Assembly: GCA_051294375.1 (NCBI GenBank)
Contig: JBJCIZ010000239.1
Location: forward strand, 6,281,074 to 6,345,073
Source: Paraspadella gotoi
Taxonomy: Eukaryota; Animalia; Chaetognatha
Direction of reading: 5' to 3'
Length of the DNA stretch: 64,000 nt
In this document: positions 1-12,700 of the stretch, piece after piece
Numbering within the stretch: position 1 is the stretch's first letter
Layout: the number at the start of each line of letters is the position of its first letter
Notes under the pieces: generated by a model
Databases searched by the model: none
The model's input: only the letters and a program-made list of their open reading frames with translations
What the model was told of the DNA's origin: nothing
Translations under genes and position numbers: made by a program

Positions 1-1806
1 CTCTCTCTCTCTCTATTTTCGTTCTTTATCGGTTCCATCGTCGTCGACCGAACGACTAAAAAAATGTCGCCTTTTTCGGAACCCTTTTCTTCAACAAAAA
101 AAAAANNNNNNNNNNNNNNNNNNNNNNNNNNNNNNNNNNNNNNNNNNNNNNNNNNNNNNNNNNNNNNNNNNNNNNNNNNNNNNNNNNNNNNNNNNNNNNN
201 NNNNNNNNNNNNNNNNNNNNNNNNNNNNNNNNNNNNNNNNNNNNNNNNNNNNNNNNNNNNNNNNNNNNNNNNNNNNNNNNNNNNNNNNNNNNNNNNNNNN
301 NNNNNNNNNNNNNNNNNNNNNNNNNNNNNNNNNNNNNNNNNNNNNNNNNNNNNNNNNNNNNNNNNNNNNNNNNNNNNNNNNNNNNNNNNNNNNNNNNNNN
401 NNNNNNNNATAATTCCAGCCCCTAATTTATAATTTAACTTTCATAGTTGTCATATTCCTTCTAATTAGCAAGAAAACAAAAAGGGGGTACTTTTCCNNNN
501 NNNNNNNNNNNNNNNNNNNNNNNNNNNNNNNNNNNNNNNNNNNNNNNNNNNNNNNNNNNNNNNNNNNNNNNNNNNNNNNNNNNNNNNNNNNNNNNNNNNN
601 NNNNNNNNNNNNNNNNNNNNNNNNNNNNNNNNNNNNNNNNNNNNNNNNNNNNNNNNNNNNNNNNNNNNNNNNNNNNNNNNNNNNNNNNNNNNNNNNNNNN
701 NNNNNTTCATTTAGCAATTAATTAATTTGTTATTATTGTTTCTTTTTAACGACTTTCTCTGAATACAAAACAAAACGATCCCCAGTTTCTTTATCGCCGA
801 GCTTATCTCCCCGCGACTTGGACGTTTCCAGTTTCTGTTTTCTTTCTCTCGAACCTAGTTTGTTTGGTTTGTTTTTTTTTTTTCTTTCCAGAATATAAAT
901 CAGGACAACCCATTCACAACAACAATACAAACTCGTCCATGTCCCACGGACCTTCCGCGGTCGCGAGTAAACGTATTCCGGCATGGTCGAGCTATTTTTA
1001 ATCAATAAACCCCCGAACCAAAATTAACTCACGCCCCCCATTTTCAAACTCCCCCCCCCAAGCAAAAAAAAAACAAACAAAAAACCCTAAAGGAATGCGG
1101 TCATATCCGTCTTTCAAGCGAATCCACATATTCGTTATATGAGTCAAAAATGAGATTTGGACGGGAAACGATCCGTTAGTAATTCTTTTTTTCTTTTTTT
1201 TCTTTTTTTTTGTGACTCGGGCGTTTGTTAAGATTTGAGTCACGCATCCCATAATTACGAGGAGAGTCGTTCGGGCAGCGGGACAGAAAAAGAGAACAGA
1301 GAGAGAGAGAGAGATGGAGATTATTACTAGCTTTGCTTTTTTTTCACATTCTAATTTAGTTTTGTTTCCTTGTTTTTTTGTTTTTTAACTTATGTGTTTT
1401 TATATTCTACATCGCGGCGTTGCTTCTAATTTATCGACGTTTTATATTTAATTTACGATGATTCAATTTATCATACTAAACTAAACTAAACCTATAAGTT
1501 GCCAGTATCTTTAAAAAAAACTTGGTTGTATTTCTTCCGAGTTTGAACACGACACCCTCTCAATGCAATACCACTCGGTCAAAGACGCCAACCGCATCAA
1601 TCGTAGTTGCAATTGGTCCATTCCCCCAACACAGAACTCTTCCATCAGGCTAGACGGTCGTAGGATGGCGGATCGGAGCGCTGTTCCTTGTAATCGGGAG
1701 GCGAGTGAATCTCGCCCACTAGAGTAGGCTCCTCCATCAGAACGGAGAAAGACTGGGTGCCGTTGTCGCGGGGACGAGCCCTGATCAGAGTGGAGGGAAG
1801 GGGGTG

Positions 1807-1997
1807 CACTATAAGAGCTTAGTAGGGTGTATGACGGAAAATATCACAGGGCCTCGCTCTCGAGCCAGAACGACTACACTATAAGAGCTTAGTAGGATGG
1901 ATAACAGAAAATATCACAGGGCCTCACTATCAAGCCAGAACTACTACAATATAAGAGCTTAGTAGAGTGAATGACGGAAAATATCACACGGCCTCGG
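1807..1997. repeat. ~70-bp tandem repeat, about 2.7 copies
   Basis: Unit cactataagagcttagtagg...gaaaatatcacagggcctc...gccagaac.acta recurs at ~1807, ~1877 and ~1947. Confidence 0.9.
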
Positions 1998-3059
1998 GGT
2001 CATGTGGGGTTCATAATTTAATGATGTATTTTGATGCTTGTGTGGAGTACAATATGGCATTCCCTGATGTAATTATTTAGGGAGGGTTCATTCTCTCTGG
2101 GAATTCATAAACTAGACTGGGCAAAAATCTTGATTAAAAGCAAATTACAACAAAAACTTTAATTGAACGATTATCAAATAGTTTGCCTAACAAGGTGAAA
2201 TCCTTTTCATCAAGTTACGTTGAGCTCGGCGCCTGTCCAAAGTCAGAAGCAAGATTTAAGGACTGAATGGGTGATTTCACATTGGTTGTGTTAATTTTAT
2301 ACAATAATAACTTTCTGAGCTTTCCGATTTGTTATTAAAGAGCAACAATGACCTCGGTATCGGCGGTTGAGCTGCCGTTTCCATGGGTCGCGCGTTCCGA
2401 TTTTTGCATTGCTGCCAGACGCTGGGTCAGGTTCGGTACATGACACCGATAAAGAATAGGCCAACCAAAGATTATTGGAAACAAGAAAAAAATTTACCTG
2501 AGACAAATGATAATGTGAAAAACAACCATCATCGCAGCGATGCAGGTCACCAGAGTGTAGGTAGATGTTTTCAGCTTTCCGATGTTCTGTCCTTTGAAAT
2601 TGAAGAGTGTTTAAAGTTATTATTAAAAATAAATAGTCTCTCAGAGACAGGATTCTGAAATGATTCTGATTTGAGATATGATACAACTTGGCAAACAAAA
2701 ATTAATGAAAAGCTAAGTAGGAAAGAAACGTTAATTCTAAACTATAAGCATAAGAATCTTCATTATTTTTACTTACTTTCTGAGTGAATGCTGCACATAT
2801 AAATAGCCAGATTATATTTACAATAAATGAACAAAAAATTAATTCTCTTCCCGTCGCTCACTTTGTAGTTTCTTTCCGTAAAGATCCATTTTCTTCTTCA
2901 AATCTATGTTTAGAAAAAAAGGATTAGATTTTTTTATATTTTATCCCCACCAATTCTAGTTATTCTCGCTCAGTTTAACCTTCCTTTGACACGAAATTAG
3001 CCTCCCTCTTGGCGACCTTGGAGCCTCGTTTCCAGAACTCATTGCCCTTTTGTTGAGAT

Positions 3060-3251
3060 TCGCGTTTCCCGCTGACGTCGGTCCATCCGATCGGCGCGAT
3101 TGGTCCGTCGCTCACGATCCCGCCGTTCCTGATTGGCTCTTTTTCGTTTTCAGCGCTGCGTCGATCCAATGAAAGATCGTCGCGACCTTTAAACTGGTTT
3201 TGGCCAAAAACCTACAAAAAAAAACAAAAGGGCGTGTCTCGTATTGAAATT

Positions 3252-3297
<46 letters not shown>

Positions 3298-3400
3298 TGG
3301 ATCAAGTCGTGGGCGAAATATTGTGGTTGTTGTCGTCGTTTGGAACATCGCTGACATTCCATTTTTCTCAGCGCTTACCTCCGACACGCTGATTGGCTCA
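3060..3400. promoter_or_regulatory. Putative TET promoter region with clustered CCAAT boxes
   Basis: ATTGG at 3099, 3132 and 3392, CCAAT at 3166, TGACGTC at 3073; CpG-rich island upstream of the first recognisable TET exon. Confidence 0.45.
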
Positions 3401-3684
3401 ATCCAGAGAGATAATAATAAAGCCAGATGTAGTTGTAAACAAACTGACGATAAGAGGGTCATGATTAAACACGAAAATATAAAATTTAAATTAAAAAAAA
3501 TAAAAACTTAATAAAAAAAAAAGGAACGGAGTTATTTTAAAGATAATTTTCACGATAAGAAACTAAAACGAATACATTTTATTTGTTCTTTTTTAGAAGG
3601 AAGTTAATCTTGTCTTGTCGATCTGTTATGACCTAATTTTAACTTTTTTTGGCGGAAATCAAAGATTTTCTTAAAATGATGATG

Positions 3685-3732
<48 letters not shown>

Positions 3733-4758
3733 ATCGGTCGAATCTCGCGCGACTTTTGTTCTCCCAGTTCCTTTTTTTAAACTCGTAAAAATGACTTTTT
3801 TTCCCTCATTCATCGCAATGACAGAGTGCGAGAAAGAGTGAAGAGAATAATTCATTTACCACCGAGAACGTGTGTAACGATCAAAAATCGCCAAGGTCGT
3901 TACACCAACGCATTTTTTTATTCTTTGGTTGTGCGCGAACCCATATATTCATTGTTTCGTCTCGCTCTCCTTGATTCCTTTTTCTTTTTCTTTTTTTTTT
4001 TCGTTGTTAAGCTTCGTTTTTTTCCCTCTTTCTTCTTCTTCTTCCTCCTCTTCTTCTTCCTATTCCTCTTCCTCCTTCCTTATTTTCTCTTTCAACTTTA
4101 ATGACAAAAAAGAAAAAGAAAAAAANNNNNNNNNNNNNNNNNNNNNNNNNNNNNNNNNNNNNNNNNNNNNNNNNNNNNNNNNNNNNNNNNNNNNNNNNNN
4201 NNNNNNNNNNNNNNNNNNNNNNNNNNNNNNNNNNNNNNNNNNNNNNNNNNNNNNNNNNNNNNNNNNNNNNNNNNNNNNNNNNNNNNNNNNNNNNNNNNNN
4301 NNNNNNNNNNNNNNNNNNNNNNNNNNNNNNNNNNNNNNNNNNNNNNNNNNNNNNNNNNNNNNNNNNNNNNNNNNNNNNNNNNNNNNNNNNNNNNNNNNNN
4401 NNNNNNNNNNNNNNNNNNNNNNNNNNNNGGGTTCCAGCTCTCGAACTCTTCACGTCTCACTCTCGTTCCATTCTGTTCAATTCTAAATTCCGACCTCCGT
4501 TTCTACTCTGGACCCAAATTCGCAAATTTATCTTTTTGATATGTTTATTTTAAAATATTATAATTATGAGCAATTCGATTTTTTAAAAAAACAAACAACG
4601 TTCGTAAAAAAAAACCAAAACCAAGAAAAACCCGTTTTCGCTGTACGACGTAACAGTCATGTTTTTGATTTGATAAGATAATAATGAAACGAAAACAAGT
4701 ATTGATAAATATTAAGTAATTATAAATAAATATCATTTTGTTCTCCGCTTTCCCTCAG

Positions 4759-5577
4759 ACGCAAGAATCGCCGGCCGTCGAATCTTCCACCCCACTCCTC
4801 AACAACAACAACAACAACAACAACAAACAGCAAAATTCGACGATCAATAGAAACGAAAAAAGAGGAAAAATTTCTACGTCAAATCAGCGAGGAAAACATC
4901 GTCGTCGCCGGTGAAGGAGGCAGCGACGATCGCCCCACGAAACAGGGCGACGGCGAAGACGACTTCGCTCTCGACGTGGAGCGAGGCGACGACGAAACAT
5001 CGGCGCCGATCGACGCTACACTTTTCAAGGTCTCCTGCGTAACTGCTTCCTCACGGCCACGCCCACTTTGAACGCTCAGCTACGACATCCGGGCTTGACG
5101 CAGCACCGCCCGCCCGGCCGCCGCAGCCGCGAGCGTAGAACCTGACGTTGGTGAGTTTGAGAACGATGTTCTGTATCTTTTCGGTAAAATTTGACATGTA
5201 TAATGACATTATGAAAATGCTACCACAGTTATGACACGATGATGACACAATGATAACGCAAAACGATAGCGAAGAAGTTTTCAAAGGAATAGTATTGAAT
5301 CTTTATACATAAGCATTAAACCTACATTTATATCTTTAAGCCAATTTAAACTTACTTTTCCAGCGTCTACAGGCGATGCATCCGCCGCTGCATCCGCCGC
5401 GCCGCCGCCGCCGCTGTGCTTACGAAGTCACCGATCGGACGCGTAGAAAGTTTTGAAAATTCTTCTTCGGACGAGGATGACGATGATGGTAAAAGGAGGA
5501 TGTGGTCTGTCTCTCTCTTTCTCTCTCTCTCTTCTCTTCTCTCTCTCTTCTTCTCTCTTCTCTCTTCTTTCTCTCTC

Positions 5578-5626
<49 letters not shown>

Positions 5627-5907
5627 CTTCTCTATCTCTCGTCTCTCTCTCTCTCTCTCTTCTATCTCTTCTCTCTATCTCTCTCTCTTCTCTCTCTCTC
5701 TCTCTCTCTCTTCTCTTTCTCTCTCTTCTCTCCTCTCTCTCTCTCTTCTTCCTCTCTCTCCGATTCTCTCTCTCTCCTCCCTCCTCTCCTCTTCTATCTC
5801 TCCTTCATTCTCCTCTCTCTCTCTCTCTCTCTCTTCTCTCTTCTCTATCTCTCTCTCTCTCTCTCTGTCTATCTCTCTTCTATCTCTCTCTCTCTCTCTC
5901 TCTCCTT

Positions 5908-5963
<56 letters not shown>

Positions 5964-8900
5964 CTCTCTCTCCTCATCTCTCTTCTCTCTATCTCTCCTT
6001 CATTCTCTCTCTCACTCAATATCTCTTTCCAAGATGGCGTCGATTCCACGACCGACGAAGACTCGCGGTCGCCTTTTTCTTCGGACGCGACGCTGACCGT
6101 AACCTTTGCTACGTCGGAGGCCACTCCCCTTGCCACGTCCACTGCCACGTCCATTGCCACGCCAATAGCCACGCCTCTTGCCGGTCAAAATATACAGCGA
6201 ATCGTGGCCAGTGGCGACGGCGTATCGGTCAGCACTATCGTTGCCGGTCGATCAGGTTCGATTGATTTATTGATCGATTTGTCTGATTTATAAACGGTTC
6301 ATTTGATTGCTCGATTGGTGGATCGATCAATTTATTTTTCCATTGTTAGAAATATCAATCAATTCAGTGTTCTTTAAATTATTGATTGATATGATTTTTT
6401 TAACGATTGATTAGTTGATTTATTGATGTATAGAATTGTTTGTTCGATTTGTTGATTGATTTTCCGATTGATTTCACCCTTTAACTTACCCCCTCATCCG
6501 CCCCCGTTAAATGTCAGCCCATAGTCCCACCCTCCTGTCCCACGCCCCGCTCTCTCAACCCAATCCCCACCCCCACCCTAACCTCCATCGTCCCTCCACA
6601 AAATCCCGCCTTCTCGCTTCTCTCCTTCGCAACGACATCGACGCTTCGGACCCGGAGGGAAGCGTCCGCCATCTGCTCGGACGCGATAACAAAGCGTCCG
6701 ACTCGGTACAAAGCGTTCGCCGACTCCTCGGACCTGACATCAATGCTTCCGACATCAATGACATCAATGACATCAATGACATCAATGACATCAATGACAT
6801 CAATGACATCAATGACATCAATGCTTCCGACTCGGAGAAAAGCGTCCGCCATCTCCTAGGAGGCAATGTCAACTCTTCCGACCAAGTGAAGAGCGTTCGG
6901 CGTCTTCTCGAATGTAACAACGACTCCTCTGCCCCGAAGAAAAACGTCCAACATCTCCCCAGACATCCCGTTGACGCTTCCCACCCAGTAAAAACCGTTC
7001 GGCGTTTCCTCGGCTGCGAACAACTCATCGTAGTCGACGAAGAAGACGACGATAAATTTGCCAAAACAAAGAGGACAAAACTCGACAACAACAACGAACC
7101 CGACTGCCTGAATCTCAACGATTCATCGGTTCCCGAAAAGAAACCCTCGGTCCAACGCGTCCTTAGCCCGGCGCTTCCGGCGCTTTCGGCGCTTCCGGGT
7201 TTCCTCGATCGGCGTGAGAATCGCGACGTCGTCGTCGTCGTCGCCCCAGTCGGCGTTGTCACTCCCTCGACGACGACGATTCGGACGACTAATGCGTCTC
7301 CGGCGTCGCCGATCTTCGCTCCGGCTTTTATCTCGGCGCCGGATTTTATCGACGCCGCTCTGAGTTCGACGACGACGCCGGCGGAAAACGAGTGAGAAAA
7401 GAATTTTTTTTATAAGTCTTTAGCTAAAACACAAATTGTTTGGAAAAGTAAATCTTTATTAAACCTTATTAAAGTGTCATTCAAATATTTAAAAAAAACC
7501 CAATTAAAATTGTGCAAATGATATTAAAGAACTCATTTAAAATGAAAAACCAGCCTCGTTTCCAACATCATTTGCATATAAATTTCGATCCTTCAAAGAT
7601 CTCGTTCGTCTACCGTCAACTCTTCATCGTCTTCTTCGTCGCCCAATTCGTCGTCGACGTCGTCGTCCCCGGCCCAATCTCTCGACGGCGACCGCCTTCA
7701 AGGGTTGAAGCGCTCCATCCTCAAGTGCGTCGCGAGTCGCGGAGAGGCTCCGTCGAAGCCGCTCGTCGCTCGGCGGCCGAAGGACCCGTCGACGAGCCGT
7801 TCCGGGGAAGCGGAGGCCGCCGCGCCGAAGAAGAGTCGAGGTGAGATTGCGTGGGCGATTGTGGTGAATGTGGTCGGACTTGGTGAGTGGGTAGATGTGA
7901 TGAGTTGATGGATGTGACGAGTGGGTGAATGTGATAAGTGGGTGGATTTTGCTCCTTCCATCGCGGGTCGTTAAACAGAAGTTTATTAGACATGTGGTAA
8001 TAGACGCGCTACAGTTGGGCTAAGACGACTAATCCGTAACTTCTATAACCCCTCTAGCGCCATGAAACGGGTCCCTGGGCTTGGAACAGGCTTGAGGTTT
8101 TGCCGCACGCCCAAAGGCGGCCTTACGGCCGTCCTCACGCTTCCCGCAGGGTAGGTACGGGTTGGGATTGAACCCGGTACTTCGTGGTCAAGAGCTGCTG
8201 GCTTTACTCAATGAGTCCACGGACTGAAGGTGTCATGCTTTTAGGCGGGGGTGAACCTCGCAATGCCCGACTACAGACCATTTACTTTTCGCGAAATTTT
8301 AATTCCAGGAATGAATATTGATTAATTGGTACAACCAATATAAAATTATCCATTCATTTAATAATAAAGCTATCTTCTGCCCTGACTTTGGACAGGCTTT
8401 GGTGTTTAAGGCCTCATCACTCTTACAAGATAATGACATAAGCAGGTCCCTGAGCTTTCAATCAAGACTCTCTAACAGTCCCGTTTTATTCATAATAATA
8501 ATATATAATATTTACCCATATTTAAACCAAAAAAAAAAAGGCTCTGTTACGAACAACTTAGAACTCTAACGATTATCCCGCCCTCCCCCCAACGCCCCCT
8601 CTCTCCCGCTTCTCCAGCCTTTCCCAAGCAGGACGGACGAGACCGATCCTCCAAGGCCGACATGTCGTCCGTCCCTTTCCAAAACGTTCAACTGCCGTCG
8701 GCCGTCGCTGCCCACGTCCGCTCGGCGAAGACCGAATTCCGTTCGTCCGACGTGGATTTTCAAACGACCCAGGTTTTGATTTTTTGATTTTTGTTTTGAT
8801 ATTGATTGATTGGTTTGATTAATTGATTAATGTTGATTTATTGATTTATTTTCTCATTGATCGATCAATTGATTTTATTAATTTGTTAATTGTTTGAATG

Positions 8901-9154
8901 TCTTCATTAATTAGTTGATTGAGTCATTGTGATTGTGATTGATTGATTGATTTATTGATTGATCGATTAATATTGATTTTATTTATTTATTATTTTATTT
9001 TTTTATTTAGTTATTTATTTATTTAGTTATTTATTTCATTTGACTTTATTGATTGATTTGACTTGATTGGTTGATTTGCCTTGATTTATAAATTGATGTC
9101 GACCTAGATCAATCGTAGGGCGATTTTTTAAATTCACTTTATCCCCCTGTCCCT

Positions 9155-9208
<54 letters not shown>

Positions 9209-9679
9209 ACCCGACTCCATGATGACTCCCCCTCATTCTCAAACCCTCGCGGACGAGCTACTCGACGATCTCCCTTCCTCCACCTCCTCTTTCTCCAACT
9301 CCTTCGTGGACGAAGCCCTGGGGGCGCTGCCACCACCGCAGGCGCAGCCGACGACGGCCAAGGCGGCGGCGACGTCGGCGGTGATCGTGACGGCTGCGGA
9401 CCAGAGTTCGTCGACGAGCCATTCCAACAACCTCGACGACGTCTGCTCCTCCATCGCCGACTTTGACGCCAGCGTCTTCGGCCCCGGAAGTTGGAACGAG
9501 ACTCAAGGCGAGATTATTTTTCTATTTTTGTCTCTTTCTCTCTTTCTTTCTCTTTTGTTTCTTCCTTTCTTTTTTTCTTTTGTTTCTTTCTTTCTTGTTT
9601 TTCTCTCTTTATTTTTTTCTTTTGTTTCTTTCTTTCTCTTTTCTTTTTTTCTATATCGCACTCACTCCATCTCTCTATC

Positions 9680-9719
<40 letters not shown>

Positions 9720-12700
9720 TTTTTCTTTCCCGCACTCTAATTAATTTCCCCCCCTTTTATTCAGATAGCGGATCATCCTCGGGCTACTTTTCTCACAATA
9801 CGGCCTCTTCCATGTCAACTTCTTCCATGTCCGCCTCTTCCATGTCAGCCGGTGACTTTCTCCAAGGTCAGCATGGCTTCTCCATGCCCGGCTTTGCTGG
9901 AGAACCTCAGATGCAAGGTGAGTTTGCTGTCGCAAAAGTTAATCTTGTCATGAAATCAATATTCTGTATTTAAATTACAAATTANNNNNNNNNNNNNNNN
10001 NNNNNNNNNAAATAATAATTATTTAAAAATCATTAAAATATATCGTCTTAGTTCGATTTACCTGTATTTAAAATTGACAAATTAAATAACCCTATCTTCT
10101 TAATCCGTCTTTAAAACCAATCATTAAATCAATTTTGCGCTCTCTTTTGTCCTTCTCTTCTTTTCTCTGTTTATTCTCTTTCTTCTCTTGCCTTTACCAC
10201 AAAAATAATTTTCAAAGTTCACTTAACGCTGATAAAGGCTTTGAAATGAAGCCGAACATGTCTCTATTTACAATAAAATAAAATCGTTGTTCAAAACTAA
10301 ACTCAAAAAACGATGTCTCTAATGCGTCACCAAACACCGAAAAAATAGAATAGGAATTTATATTCGACAATCATATTTTCTGTAATTGAAATATTTATAT
10401 ATATTACAATGGACAAGGTTGTCGTTTGATATGAATTTGGTCAGCTTTTTCAATTGGCATTCAATTATCTAATTAATCCCTTTAGTTTTAATATCGGATA
10501 TATAATAAAGTAAATTTTTACTTCTCACAACATCGGAACAACAAAAGTCCGGCTGTTTATAAAAATCGGTACGAGGGAATTATTTTTTGACAAAATATTC
10601 AATTCGCATTGTTCTCGGCAACAATTCGTTATAAATTATCGATTCTGTTACGCCAAATGAGTTGCATTCATGTATCTCATCCCCCCCAAACGCCCGAATT
10701 TCCCCCCCTTCCCGTTATCGCCTCCATGCCCCCCGGAATTCATGGAGGAATCCTTTACCGCAAGCTTACGAACTATGCGGACTGTTACCACCTTACTCGT
10801 CGCGCGCGCTGGAGCGCGGTCGAGCCGCAGAGCGCGGTCGGAGACTTTACCCGCCGGCCGGATGTCGGCTCGCAAGATGATGCGAGACCAAGCCCACTCC
10901 ATAGAATGGCGTTCGTCGCCGATGTCGGCCGGGCGCCTTTCGTCAGCCGACGGCGAGCGTTCTTTCGGGAATTCGAATAACGCGCCAATGCAGCCCGGGT
11001 GGAGTGCGTTGGTTGTGGAAGGGGGATGAGAGCAGAGGAAAAGAAAGAAAGATGAAATAAAAGATTAAGAAAGAAAAAAAAGTAAGGAGAAAGAATGAAA
11101 GACGATTTCTCACTATCTCTCTCTCTCTTCTGCATTTTTCTTTTTCGTTCTTTCTAACTTTATGATTTTCGGTTTTATTTCAAAATGTTATTTCTCTTTT
11201 CGGCTACTTGGTTTTAGGCGAATTAATTTTTCCAATTTTCGTTTATATATTAAATGTGAAACAACAATTTAACGGAACAATATGATCTTTCGAAATCGTT
11301 AGTTTATCTGGTTATATGTTGCGATAGTCCATTCAGAATTTTTATCCCGATACAATCATACATCCGTAAGAAAGTTCTTTCCTCCCTAAACTTAACTTGT
11401 TATAATACATTTAAATTATAATTTTTAGCATATTAAAACAGATTAATCTCTACCATCCCACCCCAGTGATGTACGGGCCCCCGTTCTCAGTATCCCGGCC
11501 ACTTCGTGCGGCATGTGTCCCCCCCGGTTCTCCTGTCTCGCGGTGATGTCCTCTCCCATGCCTTTCCGGGCATGTCTCCACTCCGTTCCTGACCTCCTTC
11601 CGCCATGTCGCCCAACGCCTTCCTTCCCGGCGTATTTCGCCCCGGCGCTCGGAATGTCCAGACGTCGTTGACGCCGGAATCGGTCGGCGCCGCTGCCGCT
11701 GCTGCCGCTATCCCGCGGACGCAGAGCCAAGTTCCGCGGGGTTATTTCTCGCCGCGCGCCTCCGCCGCTGGCAAGCCGTCGGAACCTTCCGGCTTCAATG
11801 TCCCTCCTCTCTACGCCGCTTCGTTGAGTTTTAAGAGGAATAGGTCATTCAGAAGTTTTGAGCAATAAAAAAGATGAAGAATTCAACGAAGCGGACACTA
11901 AGGCTTGGTCACAACTAATGTGACCCGAAATGGGGTTGATTAAAGGCGCCAAGGATGGACTTAAGACTACAATCCGTATCTTTCTGTTGCCCCCTCAGCA
12001 GCAATGGAAGCGGTACTTTGGCTTGGAATTCAGGGCAGCTTGACGGCCTGTTCGCCCTCTTCCCCCCAGATCCCGGTACCTGAGAGAGAGTTCATGAGCT
12101 TGATGGCTTTACGTCAATGAAGCCACCGGTCGACTAACTTAAGATTTCGAATGTTTTATAGGGTTGAAACTTGGCATAATTGGTAAATTTGAAATGCTTC
12201 AAATTTGTCATTATAAATAACCGACAATCCATATAATTTTTTTAAAAATGAAAAATGGGAGAGAATGAAATGAAAATTCCTGCAAAAAAATTTTTCTTTA
12301 CAGTTTCCTCGTCATCCATCATCAACAACAACAACAACAACAACAACAACAAAGGATCAGGAACCAGAGCAACAGCAATCGATATGCTTACAAAACAGAC
12401 GCCCTCAAGCCGCGTGCTACTCCGCAGTTTTCGCAAAGTTTAACTAAGAAGATATATAATTAATGTGAATTATATATTATTGAGTTAGTATTATTATTAT
12501 TATTATTATTATTATTTATTATTATTATTTATTATTATCCTCTCTGGATTGGTCAATCAGAATAAAGACGAAGAGAGCAAGAGAGCAACAAGCCCTTGAT
12601 AATCCATTCTCTGCGTTGTATTAAGATTATTGCTAAAAAATTTTAAAAAAAAACATAAAGATAAGAGTGAGATTTAACATGAGAAAAACGCAAGAAAGGC

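Noticed and set aside
1807-1997. CRISPR-like array
   Set aside because: Whole units repeat with no unique spacers, the context is eukaryotic, and there are no cas genes.
2297-2698. Overlapping 133-aa and 91-aa ORFs
   Set aside because: No recognisable motif, and composition unlike the GC-rich true exons.
5416-6293. Long Leu/Ser and Glu/Arg ORFs here and elsewhere
   Set aside because: They are translations of (CT)n/(GA)n microsatellites or of N gaps.
8150-8223. tRNA gene on the minus strand
   Set aside because: A/B-box-like motifs are present, but there is no clean cloverleaf and the sequence continues into a repeat body shared with another locus, so it is a SINE head.
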